A stretch of 64,000 nucleotides of DNA, from positions 1,295,212 to 1,359,211 of the forward strand of contig OZ252295.1 in NCBI GenBank assembly GCA_965250195.1, given 5' to 3'. The translations under genes were made by a program, and so were the position numbers. Positions 16,759 through 25,236 of this stretch are shown piece by piece. The stretch's first letter is position 1. Each line of letters starts with the position of its first letter. The DNA comes from Dehalococcoidia bacterium (GTDB taxonomy: Bacteria > Chloroflexota > Dehalococcoidia > Lucifugimonadales > UBA2962). The notes under the pieces were generated by a model that worked only from the letters and a program-made list of their open reading frames with translations, made no database searches and was not told the origin of the DNA.

Positions 16759-17910
16759 TCAGTCCACCGCCAGAATCGCCGTGCCGGTCGATGACAGGTA
16801 ACCGCCGGTGCCGTTCACCAGCGCGATCTTGGGGTCGTCGAGTTGGCGATCACCCGTTTCGCCGCGAAGCTGCCTCACCGCCTCCAGTACGAGGAACATG
16901 CCGTACATGCCCGTATGCGTGTACGACAGCCCGCCGCCCGACGTGTTCATGGGAAACCCGCCGCCCGGAGCCGTTCGCTGGTCGGCCACGAAGTCGGGGC
17001 CCGCTCCCGGCCCACAGAAGCCCAGCGCCTCTAGAGTCACAAGGACCGTGTAGGTGAACGAGTCATAGATCATCGCCAGGTCGATATCGGAGTGCGTGAC
17101 GCCCGCCCGGGCCAGGGCCCGAGGTCCCGTCTCACGAGAAATCGGACTGGTCATGTCTTCCATCTGGCTGATGATGGCATGGTCGTGGCCCTCAGCGGCG
17201 CCCAGCACCCACACGGGTTTCTTTTTCAGGTTCCGCGCCCGCGCTGCCGACGTAATCACGTACGCTCCGCCCGCGTCTGTGACAATGCAGCAATCGAGCA
17301 GGTGGAACGGCCAGGACACCCAGCGGGAGTCGTGGTAGTCATCGAAGGTCATCGGGTCGCGCATGTACGCCCTGGGATTCAAAAGTGCCCATTTTCGGGT
17401 CGAGACAGCAATTTCTGCGAGCGCCTGGCGCGTCCTGTCCTCGCCGTAGACGTGCATATAACGGCGGGCGGCCATCGCATATGCCACGGGCGCGTTGACG
17501 ATGCCGTAGGGGATCTCGAACTGCTGGCCGGGCTCGGCCGGGTCCGGCGCCGGGCGCGTGAGGCGGCTACGGCCCGCCTCGCCGTGAGTCACCAGCGCCA
17601 CCTCGCAATAGCCCGCCCGGATTGCGGCCATGGCGTGAGCGATGTGGATGACAAACGAAGAACCTCCTACAGCCGTGCCATCGGTGTACCGGGGAGTAAT
17701 ACCCAGGTACTCTGCCAGCACCATGGACGAGTACCCGGCGGTGAGCAACCCGTCCACCTCGCCGATACCGATGCCCGCATCTTCGAGCGCGTTGTACGCG
17801 GCCTCTGCGTGGTGCTGGAGCGAAGACTTCCCGGGAATTTTCCCGATCTCGTCCGACTCTGCGACGCCGACGATAGCGACCCTGTCGTTTGCTGCTGACA
17901 TGGGCCGCAT
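16759..17910 (-). CDS. Thiolase-like (SCP-x / lipid-transfer-protein type) enzyme
   Basis: Thiolase-fold length (383 aa). The N-terminus VAIVGVAESD...GK and the C-terminal NTSGGGLS...G motif are typical of nonspecific lipid-transfer-type thiolases that pair with DUF35. Confidence 0.85.
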   Translation of the reverse strand: MRPMSAANDRVAIVGVAESDEIGKIPGKSSLQHHAEAAYNALEDAGIGIGEVDGLLTAGYSSMVLAEYLGITPRYTDGTAVGGSSFVIHIAHAMAAIRAGYCEVALVTHGEAGRSRLTRPAPDPAEPGQQFEIPYGIVNAPVAYAMAARRYMHVYGEDRTRQALAEIAVSTRKWALLNPRAYMRDPMTFDDYHDSRWVSWPFHLLDCCIVTDAGGAYVITSAARARNLKKKPVWVLGAAEGHDHAIISQMEDMTSPISRETGPRALARAGVTHSDIDLAMIYDSFTYTVLVTLEALGFCGPGAGPDFVADQRTAPGGGFPMNTSGGGLSYTHTGMYGMFLVLEAVRQLRGETGDRQLDDPKIALVNGTGGYLSSTGTAILAVD

Positions 17911-17918
17911 CGTACGGG

Positions 17919-18746
17919 CTACAGGGTGATGTTGTCGATCAGCCGCGTCTCGCCCACAAACCCCGCCACCAGAGCCAGCGCCGGGCCGGTGATCTCGACC
18001 AACTCTTCCAGAGTCTCGGCAGTGGCGATCGAGACGTAGTCCACCCTGGCGCCGGTCGCCTCCATCTCCCTGCGCATCGCCCGCCTGAGCGCCTCCGCTT
18101 CGGTCTCGCCGTCTGCCCTTAGCGCGGCAGCGCTCTGTAGCCCCGCGTAGAGGCCCCGCGCCGCCGCTCGTTCGTCGGTGTTCAGCGCGGCGTTGCGGCT
18201 GCTCAGGGCCAGGCCATCCGGCTCCCGTACCGTCGGTACGCCTATGATCTCGGCACCCAGACCCAGATCACCGGTCATGCGACGGACCACCAGCAGCTGC
18301 TGAGCGTCCTTTTGCCCGAAATAGGCCCGGTCGGGCCGGGTAATAGCCAGCAGCTTGCAGACGACAGTGGCGACGCCGCCGAGATGGCCCGGTCGCGACT
18401 CGCCCTCCAGTCGCTGTGCCAGTCGGCCCACCGAGACCGTCGTATCGAACCTTTTCGAGTACATCTCCGGGGTAGAAGGCGTGAAAACCACATCGACACC
18501 CTCCTCCTCCATGATCGCCAGGTCGCGCTCTCGGTCTCGGGGGTACGTCGAAAAATCCTCGCCAGTACCGAACTGCGCCGGGTTGACGAAGATCGAGGCG
18601 GCGATGGTGGCGCACTCGGCCCTGGCCGCGCGCAGTAGTGCCACGTGGCCCCCGTGCAGCGCTCCCATGGTCGGTACCAGACCCAGCGGGCGTTCGCAGC
18701 CTTCTAGCTCGGCCCGAAGCGCCTCCGCCGTTTTTACGACCCGCAC
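17919..18746 (-). CDS. panC: Pantoate--beta-alanine ligase
   Basis: VPTMGALHGGHVAL, FVNPAQF, and YFGQKDAQQL motifs. Confidence 0.92.
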   Translation of the reverse strand: MRVVKTAEALRAELEGCERPLGLVPTMGALHGGHVALLRAARAECATIAASIFVNPAQFGTGEDFSTYPRDRERDLAIMEEEGVDVVFTPSTPEMYSKRFDTTVSVGRLAQRLEGESRPGHLGGVATVVCKLLAITRPDRAYFGQKDAQQLLVVRRMTGDLGLGAEIIGVPTVREPDGLALSSRNAALNTDERAAARGLYAGLQSAAALRADGETEAEALRRAMRREMEATGARVDYVSIATAETLEELVEITGPALALVAGFVGETRLIDNITL

Positions 18747-18748
18747 GG

Positions 18749-19624
18749 CTACTCCAGCGCCTCGTCCCCTTGCTCCAAGTCTGGCTCCTCAACAGTGCCG
18801 ACCATCGCCGCGACCACCTCTTCCGACACGTGGTGGCTCTCAGCGTCGCCTGGGAAACTGCCGTCTTTGATGTCCGAGAAGTACGAGCCCAGGGCCGAGC
18901 GCATGTCGTCCGCCATATTGGCGTAGCGCCGGGTGTGCTTGGGAATGAAGACCTCGAACAGCCCCAGCACGTCGTGCAGCACCTGGATCTGCCCGTCGCA
19001 GTGCTTCCCGGCTCCTATGCCGATGGTGGGTACGGTGACCCGGGCCGTGATCTCCCGTGAAACCTCTGCCGGCACCAGCTCGAGCACTATCGAATAGACT
19101 CCGGCCTCTTGCAGCGCCAGTGCGTCTGTGAGAAGCCTCTGTGCTTCTAAAGGCCTCTTGCCCTGCACCTTGTAGCCACCCAGCTGGTTCACCGACTGGG
19201 GCGTCAGCCCGATGTGGCCCATGACGGGTATGCCCGCCGCGATCATGCGCCTGATGGGCCGGACCATGTGCCTGCCGCCCTCAACCTTTACGCTCTGGGC
19301 GCCGGCCTCCTTGAGGTAGCGGCCCGCGTTATGCACCGCCTCCGGCCACCCGGCGTTGTAGCTGAGGAACGGCATATCCGCGACTACGTGGGCGTTCTTG
19401 GTGCCCCTCACGACCGCGCGAGTGTGGTGAATCGACTCGTCCAAAGTCAGCGGGACCGTGTCCTCGTAGCCCAGCATGACCTGGCTCATCGAGTCGCCCA
19501 CGAGAATGGCCGGGAAGCCCACTTCGTCGACGATACGGGCCGACGTGTAGTCGTAGGCGGTGATCATCCCGATCCTCTCGCCTCGACGCTTCATCTCCGC
19601 CAACTGGTGAATGGTTGTGCGCAT
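18749..19624 (-). CDS. panB: 3-methyl-2-oxobutanoate hydroxymethyltransferase
   Basis: ITAYDY...LVGDS...VKVEGG...MGHIGLTPQ motifs. A GGAGGAGG Shine-Dalgarno lies 6 nt upstream of the ATG. Confidence 0.92.
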   Translation of the reverse strand: MRTTIHQLAEMKRRGERIGMITAYDYTSARIVDEVGFPAILVGDSMSQVMLGYEDTVPLTLDESIHHTRAVVRGTKNAHVVADMPFLSYNAGWPEAVHNAGRYLKEAGAQSVKVEGGRHMVRPIRRMIAAGIPVMGHIGLTPQSVNQLGGYKVQGKRPLEAQRLLTDALALQEAGVYSIVLELVPAEVSREITARVTVPTIGIGAGKHCDGQIQVLHDVLGLFEVFIPKHTRRYANMADDMRSALGSYFSDIKDGSFPGDAESHHVSEEVVAAMVGTVEEPDLEQGDEALE

Positions 19625-19705
19625 CCGGTACCTCCTCCTTCTTCCTTCGCCCGAGTGAGGGCCTGCGCGATTTGCCGCTTAACGGGCCACAGGACCCGCT
19701 CTCAA

Positions 19706-20605
19706 TTATGTAATCGGGTTATCGGCTATGTATTCCTTTAGGAGCCGCTCGATCTCCCTAGCATCGGCCGGATCGGCCACGCCCTTTTCCAGCGCGAACG
19801 GCAGCCCGGCCAGGGCCGACGTCGCATACATCTGCAGCGCTTCCGTACTCACGCTCTTCATCGATTCGAGATGCTTTTTCACGGTACCGACGTCACCGCG
19901 TACGTACGGTCCGGCGATGCCGTCGGGGTAGCCGCTCGTCGCCAGGATGTCCGCGACGCCCTTTAGTATCGGCATCAGCGACGAGTTCGCGTCGTTGCGC
20001 GCCACCCCGAAACGGTCTTCCCAGATCTGCGCGATCACGGCTGACTGCCCCATCAGTACGCCCCCGATCATCACCACCGATGCGTGGTACAGGGGTTTAT
20101 CTTCCGAGCGCAGCGCGATTGGATTCCCGCCCAGATCGCTAGCGACCTGAGTCAGGTAGCTCTGGATGTCGCCCGAACCCTCAATCCCGAAGGTCGAGCC
20201 CGGCAGGGCCTCCAGCGCCGCCTCGACCGATGCAAAAGCCTGGAGAGGATGGAGAGACCCGGTCGCCACGCCCAGCGCCGCCGGGCCCTCGAATACGTCG
20301 AGTGAGGTCACTCCCGAGCAGTGCGCCACCCCCTGACTCTCGCGCCATGAGATGCCGTCGGCGACCGATTTGATGACGCCGTCGAATGTGGTGATGAACA
20401 CGAAGTCGGCCCTATCGGCCGCTTCCTGAATCGACTCATACGCCTCGCAGCCGTCGATGCGCCCGGCCAGGTCCTGCGCCGATGCGAAGGTCCTGCTGGC
20501 GGAAGCCACCACCGGGTAGCCTTCGCGCGCGAGGGCCACGGCGATGGTCTTACCCACGGCACCCGAGCCGACGAACGCCAACTTACTGTTTTTACTGAAA
20601 GTCAT
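19706..20605 (-). CDS. Rossmann-fold NAD(P)-binding protein with a DUF2520-like C-terminal domain (candidate ketopantoate reductase by context)
   Basis: N-terminal FVGSGAVGKTIAVAL dinucleotide fold. C-terminal ...LYHASVVM...GPYVRGDVGTVKKHL resembles the DUF2520 pattern. It sits immediately upstream of panB-panC on the same strand. Confidence 0.6.
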   Translation of the reverse strand: MTFSKNSKLAFVGSGAVGKTIAVALAREGYPVVASASRTFASAQDLAGRIDGCEAYESIQEAADRADFVFITTFDGVIKSVADGISWRESQGVAHCSGVTSLDVFEGPAALGVATGSLHPLQAFASVEAALEALPGSTFGIEGSGDIQSYLTQVASDLGGNPIALRSEDKPLYHASVVMIGGVLMGQSAVIAQIWEDRFGVARNDANSSLMPILKGVADILATSGYPDGIAGPYVRGDVGTVKKHLESMKSVSTEALQMYATSALAGLPFALEKGVADPADAREIERLLKEYIADNPIT

Positions 20606-20609
20606 TTGT

Positions 20610-21629
20610 CTAGAGTTCCCCGAGTGCCGGCACTCCGGCCAGGCCCGTTGCTTCCGTTGCTGACCGTGCCAATGCTGCCGCGACGGTTATGGCCGCAGCC
20701 GCGGTAATGCGGTCCAGGTCGGTCGGAGCCACCGCTTCTCCCGGTTCCTTTGGCTCCCTTCCGGTGGCCAGGGCGAAGAATGTGTCTCCGTCGTGCACAG
20801 TATGGGCCGGGCGCACGGCCATCGCCAGCCCGTCGTGAGCGGCCGCAGCGACCCGGGTGGCCTGCACCTTCGTCAACGCGGCATCGGTGGCGATCACGCC
20901 GATCGTCGTGTTGGTACCGGCTGGCATCGAAGGCGGCGCCCATTCCGGGGCGAGAATTTCTTCGACCGCATCTACCATGTCGCCGTCTGGATTACGGGGG
21001 CCTGCGATGAGGCGACCGGACCCGGCTTCGTAAACCCCGCCGACCGCATTGTTGGCTACGATAGCCCCAACCCTGACCCCGTCCCCCAACACCAGCCCCG
21101 CCGTGCCGATTCCTCCCTTAATCAGGCCTTCTCGTCCCAGCAACTTTGCTACCGTGGCGCCCGTCCCGGCGCCCAGCGTACCCTCCTGTGGTCGCCCGCT
21201 TTTGGCCATGGTGCAGGCGCGATAGGCATCGTCGGGGGCTGGAATCACCGGAGAAATCAGGTGCAGATCGAAGAGGATCGCGGCAGGGACGATAGGCACC
21301 TTCATGCCCCTGGCATCGTGCCCGATGCCCTTGTCGCTAAGGTAGCGGACCACGCCTTCCGCCGCGTTGAGGCCAAACGCACTGCCGCCGCTGAGCAGCA
21401 CGGCCTGGACTTTTTGCACGTTTGCGGTAGGATCGAGCAGGTCCGTCTCACGAGTGCCGGGAGAGGCGCCGCGAACGTCCACCCCGGCCACGGCGCCGCC
21501 TTCGCACAGCACCACCGTGCAACCGGTGGCCCCGGCCCGGTCCGTGTAGTGGCCGACGGTGATGCCGGCAACGTCGGTTATCGAACCGGGCGCGGGGTTG
21601 GGAATCTGTGTTGTTTTGATACTGGTCAA
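20610..21629 (-). CDS. P1/S58-family peptidase (DmpA/BapA-like aminopeptidase)
   Basis: GITVGHYTD...TGCTVVL...GVDVRGASPGTRETDLL...GTNTTIGVIATDA are signatures of the DmpA family of self-processing Ntn hydrolases. Confidence 0.85.
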   Translation of the reverse strand: MTSIKTTQIPNPAPGSITDVAGITVGHYTDRAGATGCTVVLCEGGAVAGVDVRGASPGTRETDLLDPTANVQKVQAVLLSGGSAFGLNAAEGVVRYLSDKGIGHDARGMKVPIVPAAILFDLHLISPVIPAPDDAYRACTMAKSGRPQEGTLGAGTGATVAKLLGREGLIKGGIGTAGLVLGDGVRVGAIVANNAVGGVYEAGSGRLIAGPRNPDGDMVDAVEEILAPEWAPPSMPAGTNTTIGVIATDAALTKVQATRVAAAAHDGLAMAVRPAHTVHDGDTFFALATGREPKEPGEAVAPTDLDRITAAAAITVAAALARSATEATGLAGVPALGEL

Positions 21630-21753
21630 TGCTCACCGTTCCAATCGGATTGGCTGCAAGCTGCATCATAAACAACCATGCGGTCTGCGTCTAACGCAGC
21701 GCCTCTGGACCCGTCCGTAGACTGGGATCGAACCGAAGTCCTGTGATGATCGG

Positions 21754-21762
21754 TGGTACAAT
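21754..21762 (+). promoter_or_regulatory. Candidate extended -10 promoter element (TGgTACAAT) for the lpd-pdh operon
   Basis: TGGTACAAT at 21754-21762, 38 nt upstream of the lpd TTG start. No good -35 element. Confidence 0.3.
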
Positions 21763-21799
21763 CAGCGTTCGTTCTCACTCCCAATCGCCGAGGTGATCT

Positions 21800-23197
21800 T
21801 TGGTAGAAAACGGCTCAAATTACGACCTCGTTATCCTCGGCAGCGGGCCTGGGGGATACGTTGCGGGCATCCGTGCGGGCCAGTTGGGCATGCGCACCGC
21901 CGTGATTGAGAGAGCAGAGATCGGCGGCATCTGCCTGAACTGGGGCTGCATTCCATCCAAGGCTCTTTTGCGCAACGCAGAAGTGCTCAGCCTGTTTAAC
22001 GAGGCGGAGCGGTTCGGCATCGAAGTCGGCACCGTCGTAGGGGACTTTGGAAAGGCCATCGACCGCAGTCGCGAGGTCGTCGACCGCCTCACCAAGGGCG
22101 TAGCGTACCTGCTGAACAAAAACAAAGTCGATGTGATTCGGGGCAGCGGCGCCCTGGTGGACGCAAACACCGTGCGTGTGGACGGTGAGTCCCCGCAGAC
22201 CTTGACCGCGTCAAACGTTATGATCGCCACCGGTGCTCGTCAGCGCGGTCTGCCCAACCTCCCCATCGACGGCAAAGTCGTAATCACAAGTCGACAGGCC
22301 CTAGAGATGCGTGAGGCGCCCGGCCGGGTGGTGATAGTGGGCGGCGGTGCCACCGGAGCGGAGTTCGCTTACCTGTATAACTCCTACGGCTCCGAAGTGA
22401 CCATCGTAGAGCTGCTTCCTCGCATGGTCCCGTTGGAAGACGACGACGTCGGGGCCCAACTCACCCGCTCGTTCAAAAAAATGGGCGTCAAGGTAATGAC
22501 CGAAGCCCACGTGCTCGGAATAACCACCGAGTCCGGCACGGTCAAAGTCACCGTATCGAAGGGCGAGAACGAATCCGTCATCGAATGCGACCGGGTACTC
22601 GTCGCCGTCGGCGTGACCGGCAACATCGAAGACATCGGGCTTGAAGAGGCAGGCGTGCAGACCGAGCGAGGCTACATCCCCATCGATGACAGCATGAGAA
22701 CCAACGTCCCTGGCGTGTACGCTATCGGCGACGTCACCGGGAAGCTTCTCTTGGCCCACGTCGCCTCGGCGCAGGGAGTCACGGCGGTCGAGACGATGGC
22801 CGGTCTGGAGCCCCCGGCCCTGGACTACGACCTCATGCCCAAGGCCGTCTACTGCCGTCCCCAGGTGGCCAGCTTCGGCATGACCGAGCAGGCTGCTCGT
22901 GAGGCCGGTCGCGAGCTAAAGATCGGTAGATTCCCGCTGTCCGCCTCCGGCAAGGCCCTGGCGCTGGGCGAGACCGACGGTTTTGTAAAGGTCGTCTCGG
23001 ACGCCGAGATCGGCGAGATACTCGGCGTCCACATGATCGGCCCAGAGGTGACCGAACTACTGGGTGAAGCTTCTCTGGCGCGATTACTGGAGGGCACCAC
23101 CACTGAGATCGGCTGGCTGGTCCATCCCCATCCAACAATCTCAGAGGCCTTGAAAGAGGCCGCCCTCGCCGCCGAGGGGGAGGCGATCCACGCCTAG
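21800..23197 (+). CDS. lpd: Dihydrolipoyl dehydrogenase (E3)
   Basis: FAD fold DLVILGSGPGGY, redox-active disulfide GGICLNWGCIPSK and C-terminal HPHPTISE. TTG start with a GAGGTGA Shine-Dalgarno. Confidence 0.93.
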   Translation: MVENGSNYDLVILGSGPGGYVAGIRAGQLGMRTAVIERAEIGGICLNWGCIPSKALLRNAEVLSLFNEAERFGIEVGTVVGDFGKAIDRSREVVDRLTKGVAYLLNKNKVDVIRGSGALVDANTVRVDGESPQTLTASNVMIATGARQRGLPNLPIDGKVVITSRQALEMREAPGRVVIVGGGATGAEFAYLYNSYGSEVTIVELLPRMVPLEDDDVGAQLTRSFKKMGVKVMTEAHVLGITTESGTVKVTVSKGENESVIECDRVLVAVGVTGNIEDIGLEEAGVQTERGYIPIDDSMRTNVPGVYAIGDVTGKLLLAHVASAQGVTAVETMAGLEPPALDYDLMPKAVYCRPQVASFGMTEQAAREAGRELKIGRFPLSASGKALALGETDGFVKVVSDAEIGEILGVHMIGPEVTELLGEASLARLLEGTTTEIGWLVHPHPTISEALKEAALAAEGEAIHA

Positions 23198-23242
23198 GGC
23201 CCGGTCCCATCCGGCGGCATCTGCAAAGCCGCCGCGCTCAAG

Positions 23243-24217
23243 ATGAAAGTATCCCCCAAAATAGACAAGGCGATAGCCCGCGACCTGTACCGGCAAATGC
23301 AACTCATTCGCCACTTCGAAGAGGAGTGTAGCGCGCAGTACATGCAGGGTCGCATAAGGGGCTTTCTTCACCTTTACATCGGGGAAGAGGCCGTGGGCGT
23401 AGGCGCCATCTCCGCCCTGCGCGAAGACGACTACGTAGTCAGCCATTACCGCGATCACGGCCATGCCATCGCCCGTGGTTTGGACCCGTCGGCGATCATG
23501 GCGGAGCTAATGGGCAAGGCCACCGGTGTGAGCGGGGGCAGGGGCGGTTCCATGCACCTTTTCGATAAGTCGAAGGGTTTCATGGGGGGCTACGCGATCG
23601 TCGGCGGTCAGCTACCGATAGCCGTCGGCCTTGCCCTCGCCGTCAGTCAGCAAAGACTCGACAAGGTCGTAATGTGCTTCTTCGGTGACGGCGCTGTGAA
23701 CGAGGGCGAGTTCCATGAGGCGCTCAATCTCGCGTCGTTGTGGAACCTGCCGGTCATCTTCATGCTGGAAAATAACCTCTACGGTATGGGCAGCCACATC
23801 GACCGTACCCACGCCGCGGGCAGGGACCTGTACACGTCGGCCGACTCCTACAACATCCCCGCCATGCAGGTTGATGGGATGGACGTAATGGCGGTGCGTG
23901 AGGCCGCTCAGGAGGCTGTGCACCGTGTCAGAGCGGGCGATGGCCCGGTGTTCTTAGAGGCCATCACCTACCGATTCCAGGGCCACTCCATGGCCGACCC
24001 GGTCCAGTACCGGGACAACAAAGAGGTCGACGAGTGGAGGGGGCGAGACCCCATCTCGCGGTTCGTCGACTTTGCCGTCGGAGAGAACCTCTTTGGTCCG
24101 GAGGACCTCGCGGCCGTTCAGGAAGAGGTTGAGTTGACGGTCGAAGAAGCCACCCGTTTCGGCATCGAAAGCGAGGAGCCGACAATCGAATCCATGTACG
24201 GTCACGTTTATGGCTGA
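23243..24217 (+). CDS. pdhA: 2-oxoacid (pyruvate/acetoin/branched-chain) dehydrogenase E1 alpha subunit
   Basis: ThDP-binding motif GDGAVNEGEFHEALNLASLWNLPVIFMLENN and YRFQGHSMADP. Confidence 0.9.
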   Translation: MKVSPKIDKAIARDLYRQMQLIRHFEEECSAQYMQGRIRGFLHLYIGEEAVGVGAISALREDDYVVSHYRDHGHAIARGLDPSAIMAELMGKATGVSGGRGGSMHLFDKSKGFMGGYAIVGGQLPIAVGLALAVSQQRLDKVVMCFFGDGAVNEGEFHEALNLASLWNLPVIFMLENNLYGMGSHIDRTHAAGRDLYTSADSYNIPAMQVDGMDVMAVREAAQEAVHRVRAGDGPVFLEAITYRFQGHSMADPVQYRDNKEVDEWRGRDPISRFVDFAVGENLFGPEDLAAVQEEVELTVEEATRFGIESEEPTIESMYGHVYG

Positions 24218-25187
24218 AATGCAGCTTAGAGAGGCGGTGGCGCAGGGCCTGCGAGAGGCGATGGACTCCGACGAGCTCTTCATGATGCTCGGCGAGGACA
24301 TCGGCGAATACGGAGGCGCCTACGCCGTAACTAAGGGCTTTTTGCGTTCCTACGGGCAGGACCGTGTCCGCGACACGCCCATATCGGAGGCCGTCATCGT
24401 GGGGGCGTCGGTCGGCGCGGCCATGGGCGGCATCCGACCGATAGTCGAGGTGATGACGATCAACTTCACCCTTCTGGCCATGGACCAGGTCGTCAACCAC
24501 GCCGCGAAGCTCAGGTACATGTCCAATGGGCAGATAACCGTTCCGATGATCCTGCGAACCGTGACCGGTGGCGGGGCGCAACTCGCCGCTACCCATTCCC
24601 AGAGCTTCGAGGGTTGGTACGCGAACGTCCCCGGCCTGCTGGTCGCGACCCCGGCGACGCCTTACGACGCCCTGGGGCTGATGCGCTCGGCCGCACGCAG
24701 CGAAGACCCGGTCGTGTTTGCCGAGCACCAGTTGCTGTACGGCATGAAGGGCGAAGTGCCGGAAGAGTGGTACGAGGTGCCCTTTGGAAAAGCCGCTGTT
24801 CGGCGAGAGGGGAGCGACCTGACGCTGGTGGGCTACTCCCGCATGGCTAACGTGGCTTTGGAGGCCGCCGGGATTCTCACCGAGCGCGGCGTCGATGCGG
24901 AAGTGATCGACCTGCGTACTCTGAGGCCGTTAGACATGGAGACCGTAGTCGAGTCGGTTCGTAAAACCGGGCGAGCGTTAGTGGTAGAAGAGAACTGGAA
25001 GACTGGTGGTTTCGGCGCCGAAGTCGCCGCTGGGATTCAGGAGCAGGCATTCGATGACCTCGACGGCCCCGTGGGGCGAGTCGGTGGCCTGGAAGTGCCT
25101 TTCCCTTACAATGGCCGGCTGGAGGCCGCCGCCATTCCCGACGCCGCCAGGGTGGCGTCCGAGGTATCGAGACTTTTCGGCATCTGA
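24210..25187 (+). CDS. pdhB: 2-oxoacid dehydrogenase E1 beta subunit
   Basis: Transketolase-like pyrimidine-binding and C-terminal domains (RVRDTPISE..., EVIDLRTLRPLD). It overlaps pdhA by 8 nt. Confidence 0.9.
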   Translation: MAEMQLREAVAQGLREAMDSDELFMMLGEDIGEYGGAYAVTKGFLRSYGQDRVRDTPISEAVIVGASVGAAMGGIRPIVEVMTINFTLLAMDQVVNHAAKLRYMSNGQITVPMILRTVTGGGAQLAATHSQSFEGWYANVPGLLVATPATPYDALGLMRSAARSEDPVVFAEHQLLYGMKGEVPEEWYEVPFGKAAVRREGSDLTLVGYSRMANVALEAAGILTERGVDAEVIDLRTLRPLDMETVVESVRKTGRALVVEENWKTGGFGAEVAAGIQEQAFDDLDGPVGRVGGLEVPFPYNGRLEAAAIPDAARVASEVSRLFGI

Positions 25188-25236
25188 AGCCGTATGGCGA
25201 AGAGAACCCAGGCGATGGGAGCGGGAGCGCTAGACA

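Noticed and set aside
21721-21745. tRNA-like GGTTCGATCC T-loop sequence (minus strand) in the DmpA/lpd spacer
   Set aside because: The flanking bases do not form a T-stem (ttcgg versus ccagt). No acceptor or anticodon arms could be drawn from the surrounding 170 nt on either strand.
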